Shown: one piece after another, positions 1-8,213 of the stretch
Position numbering within the stretch: the stretch's first letter is position 1
How the letters are laid out: each line of letters opens with the position of its first letter
Source of the DNA: a virus
Lineage: Duplodnaviria > Caudoviricetes
IMG/VR virus record: IMGVR_UViG_3300038312_000327
Coordinates: 1-64,000 of that record
DNA: 64,000 nucleotides
Reading direction: 5' to 3' (one strand)
Notes under the pieces: model-generated
Database searches by the model: none
What the model saw: the letters and a program-made list of their open reading frames with translations, nothing else
What the model was told of the DNA's origin: nothing
Made by a program: the position numbers and the translations under genes

Positions 1-75
1 GGGCGTTTAGCTCAGCTGGTTCAGAGCATCTGCCTTACAAGCAGAGGGTCGGCGGTTCGAATCCGTCAACGCCCA
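1..75 (+). tRNA. trnV: tRNA-Val (anticodon TAC), prophage integration target
   Basis: Acceptor stem GGGCGTT/AACGCCC, D arm, anticodon arm CTGCC-TTACAA-GCAG, T loop GGTTCGAATCC. Confidence 0.97.
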
Positions 76-76
76 C
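33..76 (+). repeat. attL core (3' half of tRNA-Val)
   Basis: CCTTACAAGCAGAGGGTCGGCGGTTCGAATCCGTCAACGCCCAC identical to 56896-56939. Confidence 0.97.
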
Positions 77-112
77 CGAGTTAAAAAGCTGTTTTACAGC
101 AAACTAAAACAT

Positions 113-150
113 AAAGCGAGTTGGTACAATTCTGTATCACTCGCTTTTTT
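113..150 (+). terminator. Intrinsic terminator between tRNA and integrase
   Basis: AAAGCGAG-T-TGGTACA-attc-TGTATCA-CTCGCTTT hairpin ending in a T run. Confidence 0.8.
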
Positions 151-201
151 CGTTAAAATCACCCTTATTTTTAACTAATAAGGCCAAATAAAACAAATAT
201 T

Positions 202-216
202 TCTTTGAAATATCTT
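202..216 (+). repeat. Candidate integrase arm-type site
   Basis: TCTTTGAAATATCTT is identical at 56816-56830, the other arm of attP. Confidence 0.5.
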
Positions 217-284
217 TGAAGTGATTTTGCGGGTTTTGCGGGATTGGTTTTGAATAATCAATAACTATTTAAGACTATCCAACA

Positions 285-1508
285 ATGGCAACTTTCAAAC
301 CGGTTGTGTTTACAACCAAAAATCATATTAAATCAGACGGCACTACGAATTTAAAAATACGTGTTTATCACAATAAACAATCGCAGTACATCCCTACCCC
401 ATATTATATTGAACCCGGATTTATGAATCCTGATGGGAATATCTCATCATTTTATCCTGATGCCGATATGCTAAATTACGAATTAGGGGAGATCATGCAA
501 TTACACAAAAAGAATTTCCTTCAATTGGGATCATCCCGAACATTTAAAATGTCATGTTCTGAACTCAAGGAAATACTTGTGAGCATGTCAGAGCAAAATA
601 CGGAATTTATCGATTTCGTAGATTTTTCGAATAAAGTAATAAATAACACAGTAAAAGAAAAAACAGCTTCATGGTACCGGTGTTCTCTTGAATCATTCAA
701 GAAATTTTGGAAAAACAACAAAATAAATGCCTGTGATATCACTGCAAAAAAGATGCGGGAGTATAAAGACTATTTGGAGAAAAATGGCATGCAGCCGGGG
801 GGCATCAATAACTACATGAGAGGTATTCGTTCCTTATTCAATAAATGCAAGGATCATCACAATAAAGATGATTATGATATTATCCTTATTCCGAATAAGC
901 CATTTAAAAATGTGGATATTCCTGAATACCGTAGGAGAAGGAAGAACATACCTATTGAAACGGTAAAACAGATCAGAGACGGGAATTTTGATACAGAGCG
1001 GGAGAATTTCGCCAAAGATATGTTCATGATAATGTTCTACATGATGGGAATCAATGTGAATGATTTGTTTAATCTAAAACCTCCTATTTATGGCAGGATC
1101 GAATATGAACGTTCAAAAACAAACACCCGGGACAATATCTATAAGTTCCCATTATCTATTAAAATCGAACCGGAATTAAAGGTTTTGATTGACAATTACA
1201 GTAGCGATGGATTCCTTTCCAATATAAAAACAAAGTACACTTGTTCTTATAATTTCATGAAAGCAATCAACATCGGGCTAAAGAGGATCAGCGAAGAATT
1301 GAACATACCAAAAATCACCACCAACTGGGCGCGTCACTCATGGGCCAGTATCGCCCGGAACAAAGCCAAAGTTCCCAAAGCCGATGTGGATTTTTGTCTT
1401 GGCCACGTGAATAATGACTACAAGATGGCGGATATTTATATAGATATTGATTATGGCATCTGCGATGATGCAAATCGCAAGGTTCTCAATATGTTACTTG
1501 ATAAATAA
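285..1508 (+). CDS. int: Tyrosine integrase (Bacteroidota type with arm-binding and SAM-like domains)
   Basis: GINVNDL, ARHSWAS, LGH and IY catalytic motifs; adjacent to attL. Confidence 0.95.
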   Translation: MATFKPVVFTTKNHIKSDGTTNLKIRVYHNKQSQYIPTPYYIEPGFMNPDGNISSFYPDADMLNYELGEIMQLHKKNFLQLGSSRTFKMSCSELKEILVSMSEQNTEFIDFVDFSNKVINNTVKEKTASWYRCSLESFKKFWKNNKINACDITAKKMREYKDYLEKNGMQPGGINNYMRGIRSLFNKCKDHHNKDDYDIILIPNKPFKNVDIPEYRRRRKNIPIETVKQIRDGNFDTERENFAKDMFMIMFYMMGINVNDLFNLKPPIYGRIEYERSKTNTRDNIYKFPLSIKIEPELKVLIDNYSSDGFLSNIKTKYTCSYNFMKAINIGLKRISEELNIPKITTNWARHSWASIARNKAKVPKADVDFCLGHVNNDYKMADIYIDIDYGICDDANRKVLNMLLDK

Positions 1509-1577
1509 ATATTTTAACACAATATTCTTAAATATTTTTCGTGTGTAAAATGAATTTTGAAAATTTCTTGTAAAAAA

Positions 1578-1608
1578 TTTGGTGATTAAAAAATAACCCG
1601 TATATTTG
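1578..1608 (+). promoter_or_regulatory. Bacteroidota sigma-A promoter of the rightward operon
   Basis: TTTG(1578-1581)-N19-TATATTTG(1601-1608), exact consensus. Confidence 0.8.
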
Positions 1609-1622
1609 CACCCATTAAAGCG

Positions 1623-1660
1623 AGTTGGATTTCAAACGAAAGTTTGGGATTCAACTTTTT
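1623..1660 (+). terminator. Leader terminator/attenuator just after the promoter
   Basis: 15-bp stem with 3 G-U pairs (AGTTGGATTTCAAAC-gaaa-GTTTGGGATTCAACT) followed by TTTT. Confidence 0.75.
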
Positions 1661-1732
1661 GTGTTTATATACCTACCCTTAAACTTTCCGCTTAACACCC
1701 TCTAAATCAAACCGGGCACTTGAAAAAGTGTC

Positions 1733-4342
1733 ATGCAAAATCAAAAAACATACGACGAATTTTTAAAGTCAAAAATCAAAGTTTCTGAGAATTTCGGGTT
1801 CAATCTCGACATAGACGATATCAATCCGAACTTGAAACCGCACAACAAGCTGATGGTAAAATGGCTTGTCGAAGGGGGCCGGCGCGCGTGTTTTGCATCT
1901 TTTGGGCTGCATAAGACAGTTACCCAGCTAGAGGCTGTGCGTTGCACAATGGAGAAGGCATCACTTCCGTTAGGCCTTATTGTCTGCCCTCTCAATATCA
2001 AACAAGAATTCGTACAGGATTCAATCAACATTCTTGGCTGGGAGAAAACCCCTAAATTCATTCGCCGGGCAAATGAAATGTCCGGAGATGGTATCTATCT
2101 AACCAATTATGAAAGTATCCGGGATGGCCGCCTTGATCCCCGGATATTCGACGTTGCAAGTCTGGATGAGGCTTCCGTATTACGCGGATTTGGAGGATCA
2201 AAGACATTCCGCGAATTCATGCGGTTGTTTACCGGTGATGCCGGCCCTATGCAGATGAGACGTGGAGCCGACAATATCAAATACCGTTTTGTTGCAACGG
2301 CAACACCATCTCCGAACGATTATATTGAACTACTCGCTTATGCCGATTTTCTCGGGATTATGGATATCTCTCAGGCAAAAACAAGATTTTTCAAACGTGA
2401 TAGCACAAAGGCAGATAAATTGACACTTCATGCACATAAAGAGGAAGAGTTTTGGCTATGGGTGTCATCGTGGGCACTGTTTGTAAACAAACCGTCTGAT
2501 ATCACCGGTAACCCTGCTGATGATGAGGGATATATTTTGCCTGAATTGGATTTACGCTGGCACGAAATACCAACCGATCACGTAGAGATAACAGTAGAGA
2601 AAAACGGGCAGCTTCAAATGTTCAAAACGGAAGCATTGGGACTTGAACAATCGGCAAAAGAAAAACGGTTGAGCCTTGATAGCCGAATAAAGAAAATGCT
2701 CGAATTACGGGCAGAAGATCCAGCTGCACATCGAATAATCTGGCATGATCTGGAAGATGAACGACATGTTATCGATAAGGCTATACCTGGAATCACTTCC
2801 ATATACGGATCACAGGACTATGAGAAACGTGAAAATAACATCCTTGATTTCTCATACGGTCGTGTTCCAGAGTTATCAGCAAAACCTGTGATCGCTGGTT
2901 CAGGTTGTAACTTTCAAAGGTACTGCAGTTGGGCCATATATCTCGGCATCGGTTACAAATTCAATGACTTCATACAATCCATCCATCGCCTGCAGCGATT
3001 CTTGCAGAAAAATACGGTGCGTGTGGACCTCATCTACACCGAAACGGAAAAAAACGTCCGCAAATCCCTCGAACGCAAATGGCAAAATCACAAAAAACTA
3101 ATCAACAAGATGACAGAAATAATAAGAAAGTACGGTTTATCCCATGCGGAAATGGCAAAGCATCTGGCCAGAAAAATGGGTGTTGAAAGAGTGGAGATTA
3201 AAGGAGACAACTTCACCCTTGTAAACAACGACAATGTGCCGGAGTTGAATGATACCAAACGGTATCCGGATAATTCGGTAGGCCTTGTCCTCACTTCGAT
3301 ACCATTTTCCTCTCAATATGAGTACTCACCTAATTATTCTGATTTCGGGCACTCAGAGAGCAACGAAGAGTTTTTTCAGCAGATGGATTATCTAACCCCT
3401 AACCTTTTCCGGGTACTGCAACCTGGCCGGATTGCGGCCATCCACGTAAAAGATCGTATCGTCCCGATGGGATTATCGAAGGCTGGTGTTCAAACGGTTT
3501 ACCCCTTTCATATAGACACATACAATCATTTCGTTAAACATGGTTTTGCCTACATGGGGATGAAAACAATCGTTACCGACGTGGTACGTGAGAATAATCA
3601 GACCTATCGGCTTGGATGGACTGAGCAATGTAAAGACGGCACCAAAATGGGAGTCGGAATGCCTGAATATCTTCTTTATTTCCGTAAACCACAAACAGAC
3701 CGTGCAAATGCTTACGCCGATATCCCTGTTGAGAAGGACAAAAAAGAATGGGACAAACTTAATGAAGAATGGATTAACCCGAATGGATATTCACGTGCAC
3801 GTTGGCAATTCGATGCAGCCGGGTACACTCGAAGTAATGGCAATCGAGGAATCACTCCTGAAGAACTGGCCGCAATGGACCACAAACAGATCTTCCAGTG
3901 GTTCAAAAACTATACTTTGAATGAAATCTGGGATTTTGAATTTGTGGTGAAAGTAGCTGAAACATTGGAAATGCAGGGTAAACTTCCTTCCGGTTTCATG
4001 CTGTTACAACCGCAAAGCTGGACGGATGAGGTGTGGACGGATGTAGTCCGCATGAGGACGCTCAATGGTTCACAATGGAGTAAGGGTAAAGAAATGCATC
4101 TCTGTCCAATGCAGTTCGATATTGCCGACCGTGTAATTGAACAATTGAGCAACCCCGGAGAGACGGTATTGGATCCTTTCGGTGGATTAATGACGGTGCC
4201 ATACCGCGCGGTCCTAAAAGGCCGGAAAGGTATCGGTATCGAGTTGAGTAAACCTTATTTTATCGACGGAGCTGCATATTGCAAGGGCGCTGAAAGGAAT
4301 ATCAAGATGCCATCTTTATTTGACACGCTAGAAGCTATATAA
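1733..4342 (+). CDS. SNF2-like helicase domain fused to N4/N6 DNA methyltransferase
   Basis: FGLHKT, LDEAS, QSIHRLQR in the N-terminal part; TSIPF and VLDPFGG in the C-terminal part. Confidence 0.85.
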   Translation: MQNQKTYDEFLKSKIKVSENFGFNLDIDDINPNLKPHNKLMVKWLVEGGRRACFASFGLHKTVTQLEAVRCTMEKASLPLGLIVCPLNIKQEFVQDSINILGWEKTPKFIRRANEMSGDGIYLTNYESIRDGRLDPRIFDVASLDEASVLRGFGGSKTFREFMRLFTGDAGPMQMRRGADNIKYRFVATATPSPNDYIELLAYADFLGIMDISQAKTRFFKRDSTKADKLTLHAHKEEEFWLWVSSWALFVNKPSDITGNPADDEGYILPELDLRWHEIPTDHVEITVEKNGQLQMFKTEALGLEQSAKEKRLSLDSRIKKMLELRAEDPAAHRIIWHDLEDERHVIDKAIPGITSIYGSQDYEKRENNILDFSYGRVPELSAKPVIAGSGCNFQRYCSWAIYLGIGYKFNDFIQSIHRLQRFLQKNTVRVDLIYTETEKNVRKSLERKWQNHKKLINKMTEIIRKYGLSHAEMAKHLARKMGVERVEIKGDNFTLVNNDNVPELNDTKRYPDNSVGLVLTSIPFSSQYEYSPNYSDFGHSESNEEFFQQMDYLTPNLFRVLQPGRIAAIHVKDRIVPMGLSKAGVQTVYPFHIDTYNHFVKHGFAYMGMKTIVTDVVRENNQTYRLGWTEQCKDGTKMGVGMPEYLLYFRKPQTDRANAYADIPVEKDKKEWDKLNEEWINPNGYSRARWQFDAAGYTRSNGNRGITPEELAAMDHKQIFQWFKNYTLNEIWDFEFVVKVAETLEMQGKLPSGFMLLQPQSWTDEVWTDVVRMRTLNGSQWSKGKEMHLCPMQFDIADRVIEQLSNPGETVLDPFGGLMTVPYRAVLKGRKGIGIELSKPYFIDGAAYCKGAERNIKMPSLFDTLEAI

Positions 4343-4373
4343 AATTCAATAACTATTTAAAACAATTGCAACA

Positions 4374-5495
4374 ATGAAAATTAATGTATCAAAAAATGAA
4401 TTGCTCTCCAGGCTGAGAGCTGTAGGTAAAATCATCAAACAGTCGAATCAACAGCCGGCGTATAACTCATTCCTGATTAAAATAGAGAGTGAGAAAATCA
4501 TCCGTATCACAGGATCCGACGAACAGGGACGGATTGAAACAACCGTCGAATGCAAGATTGATGGTTTTGAGGAGAAGTCATTCCTGATCGATTCAGCTAT
4601 CCTCATGAACGGTCTGAAAGAAATACCGGAACAACCTATCACCATTGAAGTGAACGATATGAAAGTGGTAGTAAAATACTATACCGGTAAATTTGAGATA
4701 GCACTACAGGATGCCGCACTGTATCCAGACTTCTCATTTGGCGACAAAGGCCTAAAATGCGAAATTGTCCGGGAACAACTATATGATGGGTTGAAGTCGG
4801 TAACAAAATTCACCTTGACGGATGACACCCTTCGCCCTGTTATGACTGCTGTTAATCTTGAGAGTACCGGCGATACAATCACATTTGCAGCGAGCACCGG
4901 GCACGTACTTGCTATCCATGAGAACAAAAACGAGGATAGTCAATATCTTTTCAATATCAATCTGCCAAACAAGATCTCTAAAATAATAACTGATTTGACG
5001 GCTATCATTGATAAAAGCATTCAATTCATCGTGTCGGGCAATCATGTGCGATTCGTGATCGGTGATTATATAGTATCGTCACGCCTGGTTGAAGGGTCAT
5101 ACCCCAATTTCCGGTCGGTTATCCCGAAAAATACTGAAATGGTTATGATTATTAACGCCTCGGAATTGATTGCGGCAATAAACCGTGTATCTGTTTTTTC
5201 TGACGAATCATCATCCATGATTGTGCTTGACATTGAAAACAACGTTTTGACGCTATCTGCAGAAAATATTGATTATTCGCGAAGTGCGAAAGAAACATTG
5301 ATGCTTGCCGAGGTATACAAACCACTCAAAATCGGTTTTAAAAGCAGTTTCCTGGTTGACGTTTTAAAGACGGTTTCTACTGAAACAAATGAATGCGAAT
5401 TGCATTTCTCAGGGCCGAACAAGGCGGCCATTATCCGTCCCAGAGACAGTGAAGTACTGACAATGATATTAATGCCAATGATGGTGAATAATTAA
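4374..5495 (+). CDS. dnaN: Phage-encoded DNA polymerase III beta sliding clamp
   Basis: 373 aa; SRLVEGSYPNFRSVIP and terminal ILMPM signatures. Confidence 0.92.
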   Translation: MKINVSKNELLSRLRAVGKIIKQSNQQPAYNSFLIKIESEKIIRITGSDEQGRIETTVECKIDGFEEKSFLIDSAILMNGLKEIPEQPITIEVNDMKVVVKYYTGKFEIALQDAALYPDFSFGDKGLKCEIVREQLYDGLKSVTKFTLTDDTLRPVMTAVNLESTGDTITFAASTGHVLAIHENKNEDSQYLFNINLPNKISKIITDLTAIIDKSIQFIVSGNHVRFVIGDYIVSSRLVEGSYPNFRSVIPKNTEMVMIINASELIAAINRVSVFSDESSSMIVLDIENNVLTLSAENIDYSRSAKETLMLAEVYKPLKIGFKSSFLVDVLKTVSTETNECELHFSGPNKAAIIRPRDSEVLTMILMPMMVNN

Positions 5496-5504
5496 TTTAC
5501 AGCT

Positions 5505-5771
5505 ATGACTAAACCAGAATTACAACGAAAGATATCGAATATTCTCAAACACGGGAATATCAACAAACCGGAGAATTCAGGGGCAAAACAGGGGCTTGAA
5601 AAAGCCCTTGAAATCCTGAAATCAAATCAGAAAGATTTATCCGGTATAAATGAACTTGACACTACCCAGGCACGTGCCATTGCAAAATTTGCGGTTGACT
5701 TTAATAATCTTCAAAGTGATGGTAAGCTTTTTATTCAGTTAGGTAAAATGATAAAAAGAGCAAAAGATTGA
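5505..5771 (+). CDS. Hypothetical protein
   Basis: 88-aa ORF in operon context. Confidence 0.6.
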   Translation: MTKPELQRKISNILKHGNINKPENSGAKQGLEKALEILKSNQKDLSGINELDTTQARAIAKFAVDFNNLQSDGKLFIQLGKMIKRAKD

Positions 5772-5775
5772 AACT

Positions 5776-5943
5776 ATGAAAACAAAAAAGTACAGAATAA
5801 ATATATACAGGTTAGATCCTTCATTTACTATTGTCATAAATGAAAATGGCCTTGAGATAATCGATGGTGAAGATGGCTGGGGACAACCATTAAGAGATGA
5901 CGATGTGCTTATCGAAGAAATAGAAGAGGAGAAAGAAGTATGA
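5776..5943 (+). CDS. Small acidic hypothetical protein (55 aa, not in ORF track)
   Basis: Fills the gap between ORFs; ATGA overlap with 5940 start. Confidence 0.55.
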   Translation: MKTKKYRINIYRLDPSFTIVINENGLEIIDGEDGWGQPLRDDDVLIEEIEEEKEV

Positions 5944-6368
5944 AAACAACGGATCATTTTAAAAACACAATAAAGTCCTATTTGGACCAAAGAGCTAAAG
6001 AAGATGCTCTGTTCACGGTAACATATGCCAAAGAGGGCAAGAATATTGACGATTGCTGCACCTATATCCTGAACCAGGTTCAAACGTCGGGATGCAACGG
6101 TTTCACCGATGATGAAATTTACGGTATGGCTGTGCATTACTACGATGAGGATAAAATCGAAATCGGAAGTAAAATTGATCCCGGGCGCGTCGTGGTTAAT
6201 CATGTGGTTGAATTGACCGATCAAGAAAAGGAAGAGGCACGGAAAAAAGCAGTCGAGAGGTTCCAGGATCATATTATCGCTGATATGAGAAAGAACTCAG
6301 TAAAACCGGATAAGCCCGTAAAGAAGAAAAAGGAAATAGTCAACCAACCCAGTTTATTTGACTTATGA
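5940..6368 (+). CDS. PcfK-like protein
   Basis: KNIDDCCTYILNQVQ..GCNGFTDDEIYGMAVHYYDED motif; paired with PcfJ-like gene. Confidence 0.85.
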   Translation: MKTTDHFKNTIKSYLDQRAKEDALFTVTYAKEGKNIDDCCTYILNQVQTSGCNGFTDDEIYGMAVHYYDEDKIEIGSKIDPGRVVVNHVVELTDQEKEEARKKAVERFQDHIIADMRKNSVKPDKPVKKKKEIVNQPSLFDL

Positions 6369-7663
6369 GACCAAAAACAAAACTGCAGAAACAGGTATTA
6401 GGATTCAGCGGGGCACTTTCCCCAATCTCACTAAAACAGCTTGAATGGGGGCATAAACATTGCTTTGAACACAAAGGCTACCAAACGAAGAAGGGTATAA
6501 CATGTCTTGATTGCGGCCATAAATTTGAAGATATAAAGCCATCACTTCTGGCAACCATTGATGGTTGTGTCTGTCAGAATTGCGGAACAAAACTGGTAGT
6601 CACCGACACCCGTAAACTCAAAGACAGGCAGGGCGCCTATTATGGAATAATAACAAGCTTCAAGGGCTTTCAGGTCTTCCGCATCTTCATATTACAGGCG
6701 GCTTACAAAGCCGGCACACCTGTATGCCGGAAAGATGATGAAATCATCCAGCACTGGATATCTCCCTATGGCAAACATGAGGTAATAGCAAAACTAAGGA
6801 ACATTAACTGGTATGCCGAGAATTGGGGTGGATCAATGGAAATCCGTGACAGGAATAGTGACAGCTACGACATTAACCCCTACAAGATCTATCCCGGCAG
6901 AGGAGTAATTCCGGAAGTGAAACGTAATGGTTTTACCGGGAACTTTTACAATATTTCCCCTCAAAAATTCTTTAAAGCAGTTTTATCGAATAACCAGGCG
7001 GAAACATTGCTGAAAGCATTTGAAATTTCCTTATTTAAAGAATGTGTTAGAGATCCGAAGCGGATAGACAAATATTGGGCTTCAATTAAGATCTGTATAC
7101 GGAATAACTACCCCGTGAAAGACGCCTCTATTTATTTTGATTACCTGGGATTCCTTGAATATTTCGAAAAGGACCTAAGGAATGCAAAATACGTTTGTCC
7201 GGCAAATTTGATGAAAGAGCATGACCGGTTATCCAATAAAAAGTTTAAGATCGAGAGAAGAAAGCGTGAAGAGGAGAAGTTGAAAAAGGCCCTTGAAAAT
7301 GAGAAGAAATTCAATGAATTAAAAGGCCGCTTTTTCGGTATTGTCTTTTCCGACGAAGTTGTATCTGTCAAGGTTCTTGAAAGTATCCGGGAATACATAG
7401 AAGAGGGCAAATTGATGCACCATTGTGTTGGGCACAGTGAATATTACCTGAAGCCGAACACGCTTGTAATGACAGCCATCGCGGATAGTAAACACGTGGC
7501 GACAATTGAATTTTCGCTGAAAACATTCGAGATTATTCAATGTCGTGGTGTTGCAAATCAAAAGCCAAAATACCATGATCGCATAATCGGCCTTGTAAAC
7601 AGGAATGCCGGATTAATCCGGAATAGAATGAAATTGAAAAAGAAATCAAATAAAGCAGCATAA
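6365..7663 (+). CDS. PcfJ-like protein
   Basis: N-terminal CxxC pairs; EGKLMHHCV and ATIE motifs. Confidence 0.85.
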   Translation: MRPKTKLQKQVLGFSGALSPISLKQLEWGHKHCFEHKGYQTKKGITCLDCGHKFEDIKPSLLATIDGCVCQNCGTKLVVTDTRKLKDRQGAYYGIITSFKGFQVFRIFILQAAYKAGTPVCRKDDEIIQHWISPYGKHEVIAKLRNINWYAENWGGSMEIRDRNSDSYDINPYKIYPGRGVIPEVKRNGFTGNFYNISPQKFFKAVLSNNQAETLLKAFEISLFKECVRDPKRIDKYWASIKICIRNNYPVKDASIYFDYLGFLEYFEKDLRNAKYVCPANLMKEHDRLSNKKFKIERRKREEEKLKKALENEKKFNELKGRFFGIVFSDEVVSVKVLESIREYIEEGKLMHHCVGHSEYYLKPNTLVMTAIADSKHVATIEFSLKTFEIIQCRGVANQKPKYHDRIIGLVNRNAGLIRNRMKLKKKSNKAA

Positions 7664-7665
7664 TT

Positions 7666-7857
7666 ATGGCAGTAATATTTAAGATAACGGATGATAATAG
7701 GGCATTAGAAATAGCTTTTTCACAAGAAGATAAGATTGCCACAATATTCATTGGTGAAGAGCTTGACGCTGAAACTTGGACAAGTATAAACATTGACAAA
7801 GAAGGGGCGATAGAATTGATAAGGTATTTACAAAAGATTGTCCGTAAAATGGATTAA
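7666..7857 (+). CDS. Hypothetical protein
   Basis: 63-aa ORF in operon. Confidence 0.55.
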   Translation: MAVIFKITDDNRALEIAFSQEDKIATIFIGEELDAETWTSINIDKEGAIELIRYLQKIVRKMD

Positions 7858-7868
7858 TAACGAAGAAT

Positions 7869-8213
7869 ATGGCTAGACCAATCAAAAGTGATGAAATGCA
7901 TTTTCCTGTATGGAGGCCTCAATTTAGGACAAGGATGGGCTTTGAGTCGCAAGATTTCAAATCTCGATATAATACTTTGAGATCATCATCGGATGGATTT
8001 ATATCAAACAAGGTCGTCAGGGATATGATTATGAGAAAATGCAATTATAAGTGCGTGGAATGCGGATCATGCAACGACCTCCAAATTGATCACATCGTAT
8101 CTGTATATCTTGTTGCTAAAGGCGAATACCCTGTAAGCATACTGAATACATTCGATAATCTTTCAGTTCTATGTAGAAAATGTAACGCCAAAAAATTACC
8201 TGATAGAATATGA
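7869..8213 (+). CDS. HNH endonuclease
   Basis: CVEC..LQIDHIV..NLSVLCRKCN. Confidence 0.88.
   Translation: MARPIKSDEMHFPVWRPQFRTRMGFESQDFKSRYNTLRSSSDGFISNKVVRDMIMRKCNYKCVECGSCNDLQIDHIVSVYLVAKGEYPVSILNTFDNLSVLCRKCNAKKLPDRI

Noticed and set aside
5739-6272. 177-aa antisense ORF, and the many other antisense or nested ORFs in the track
   Set aside because: They shadow well-supported genes and show no recognisable motifs or start signals.
7869-7889. HNH gene starts MARPIK like some DUF4373 initiators, suggesting insertion into the initiator 5' end
   Set aside because: The match is too short, and the downstream initiator has its own plausible start.
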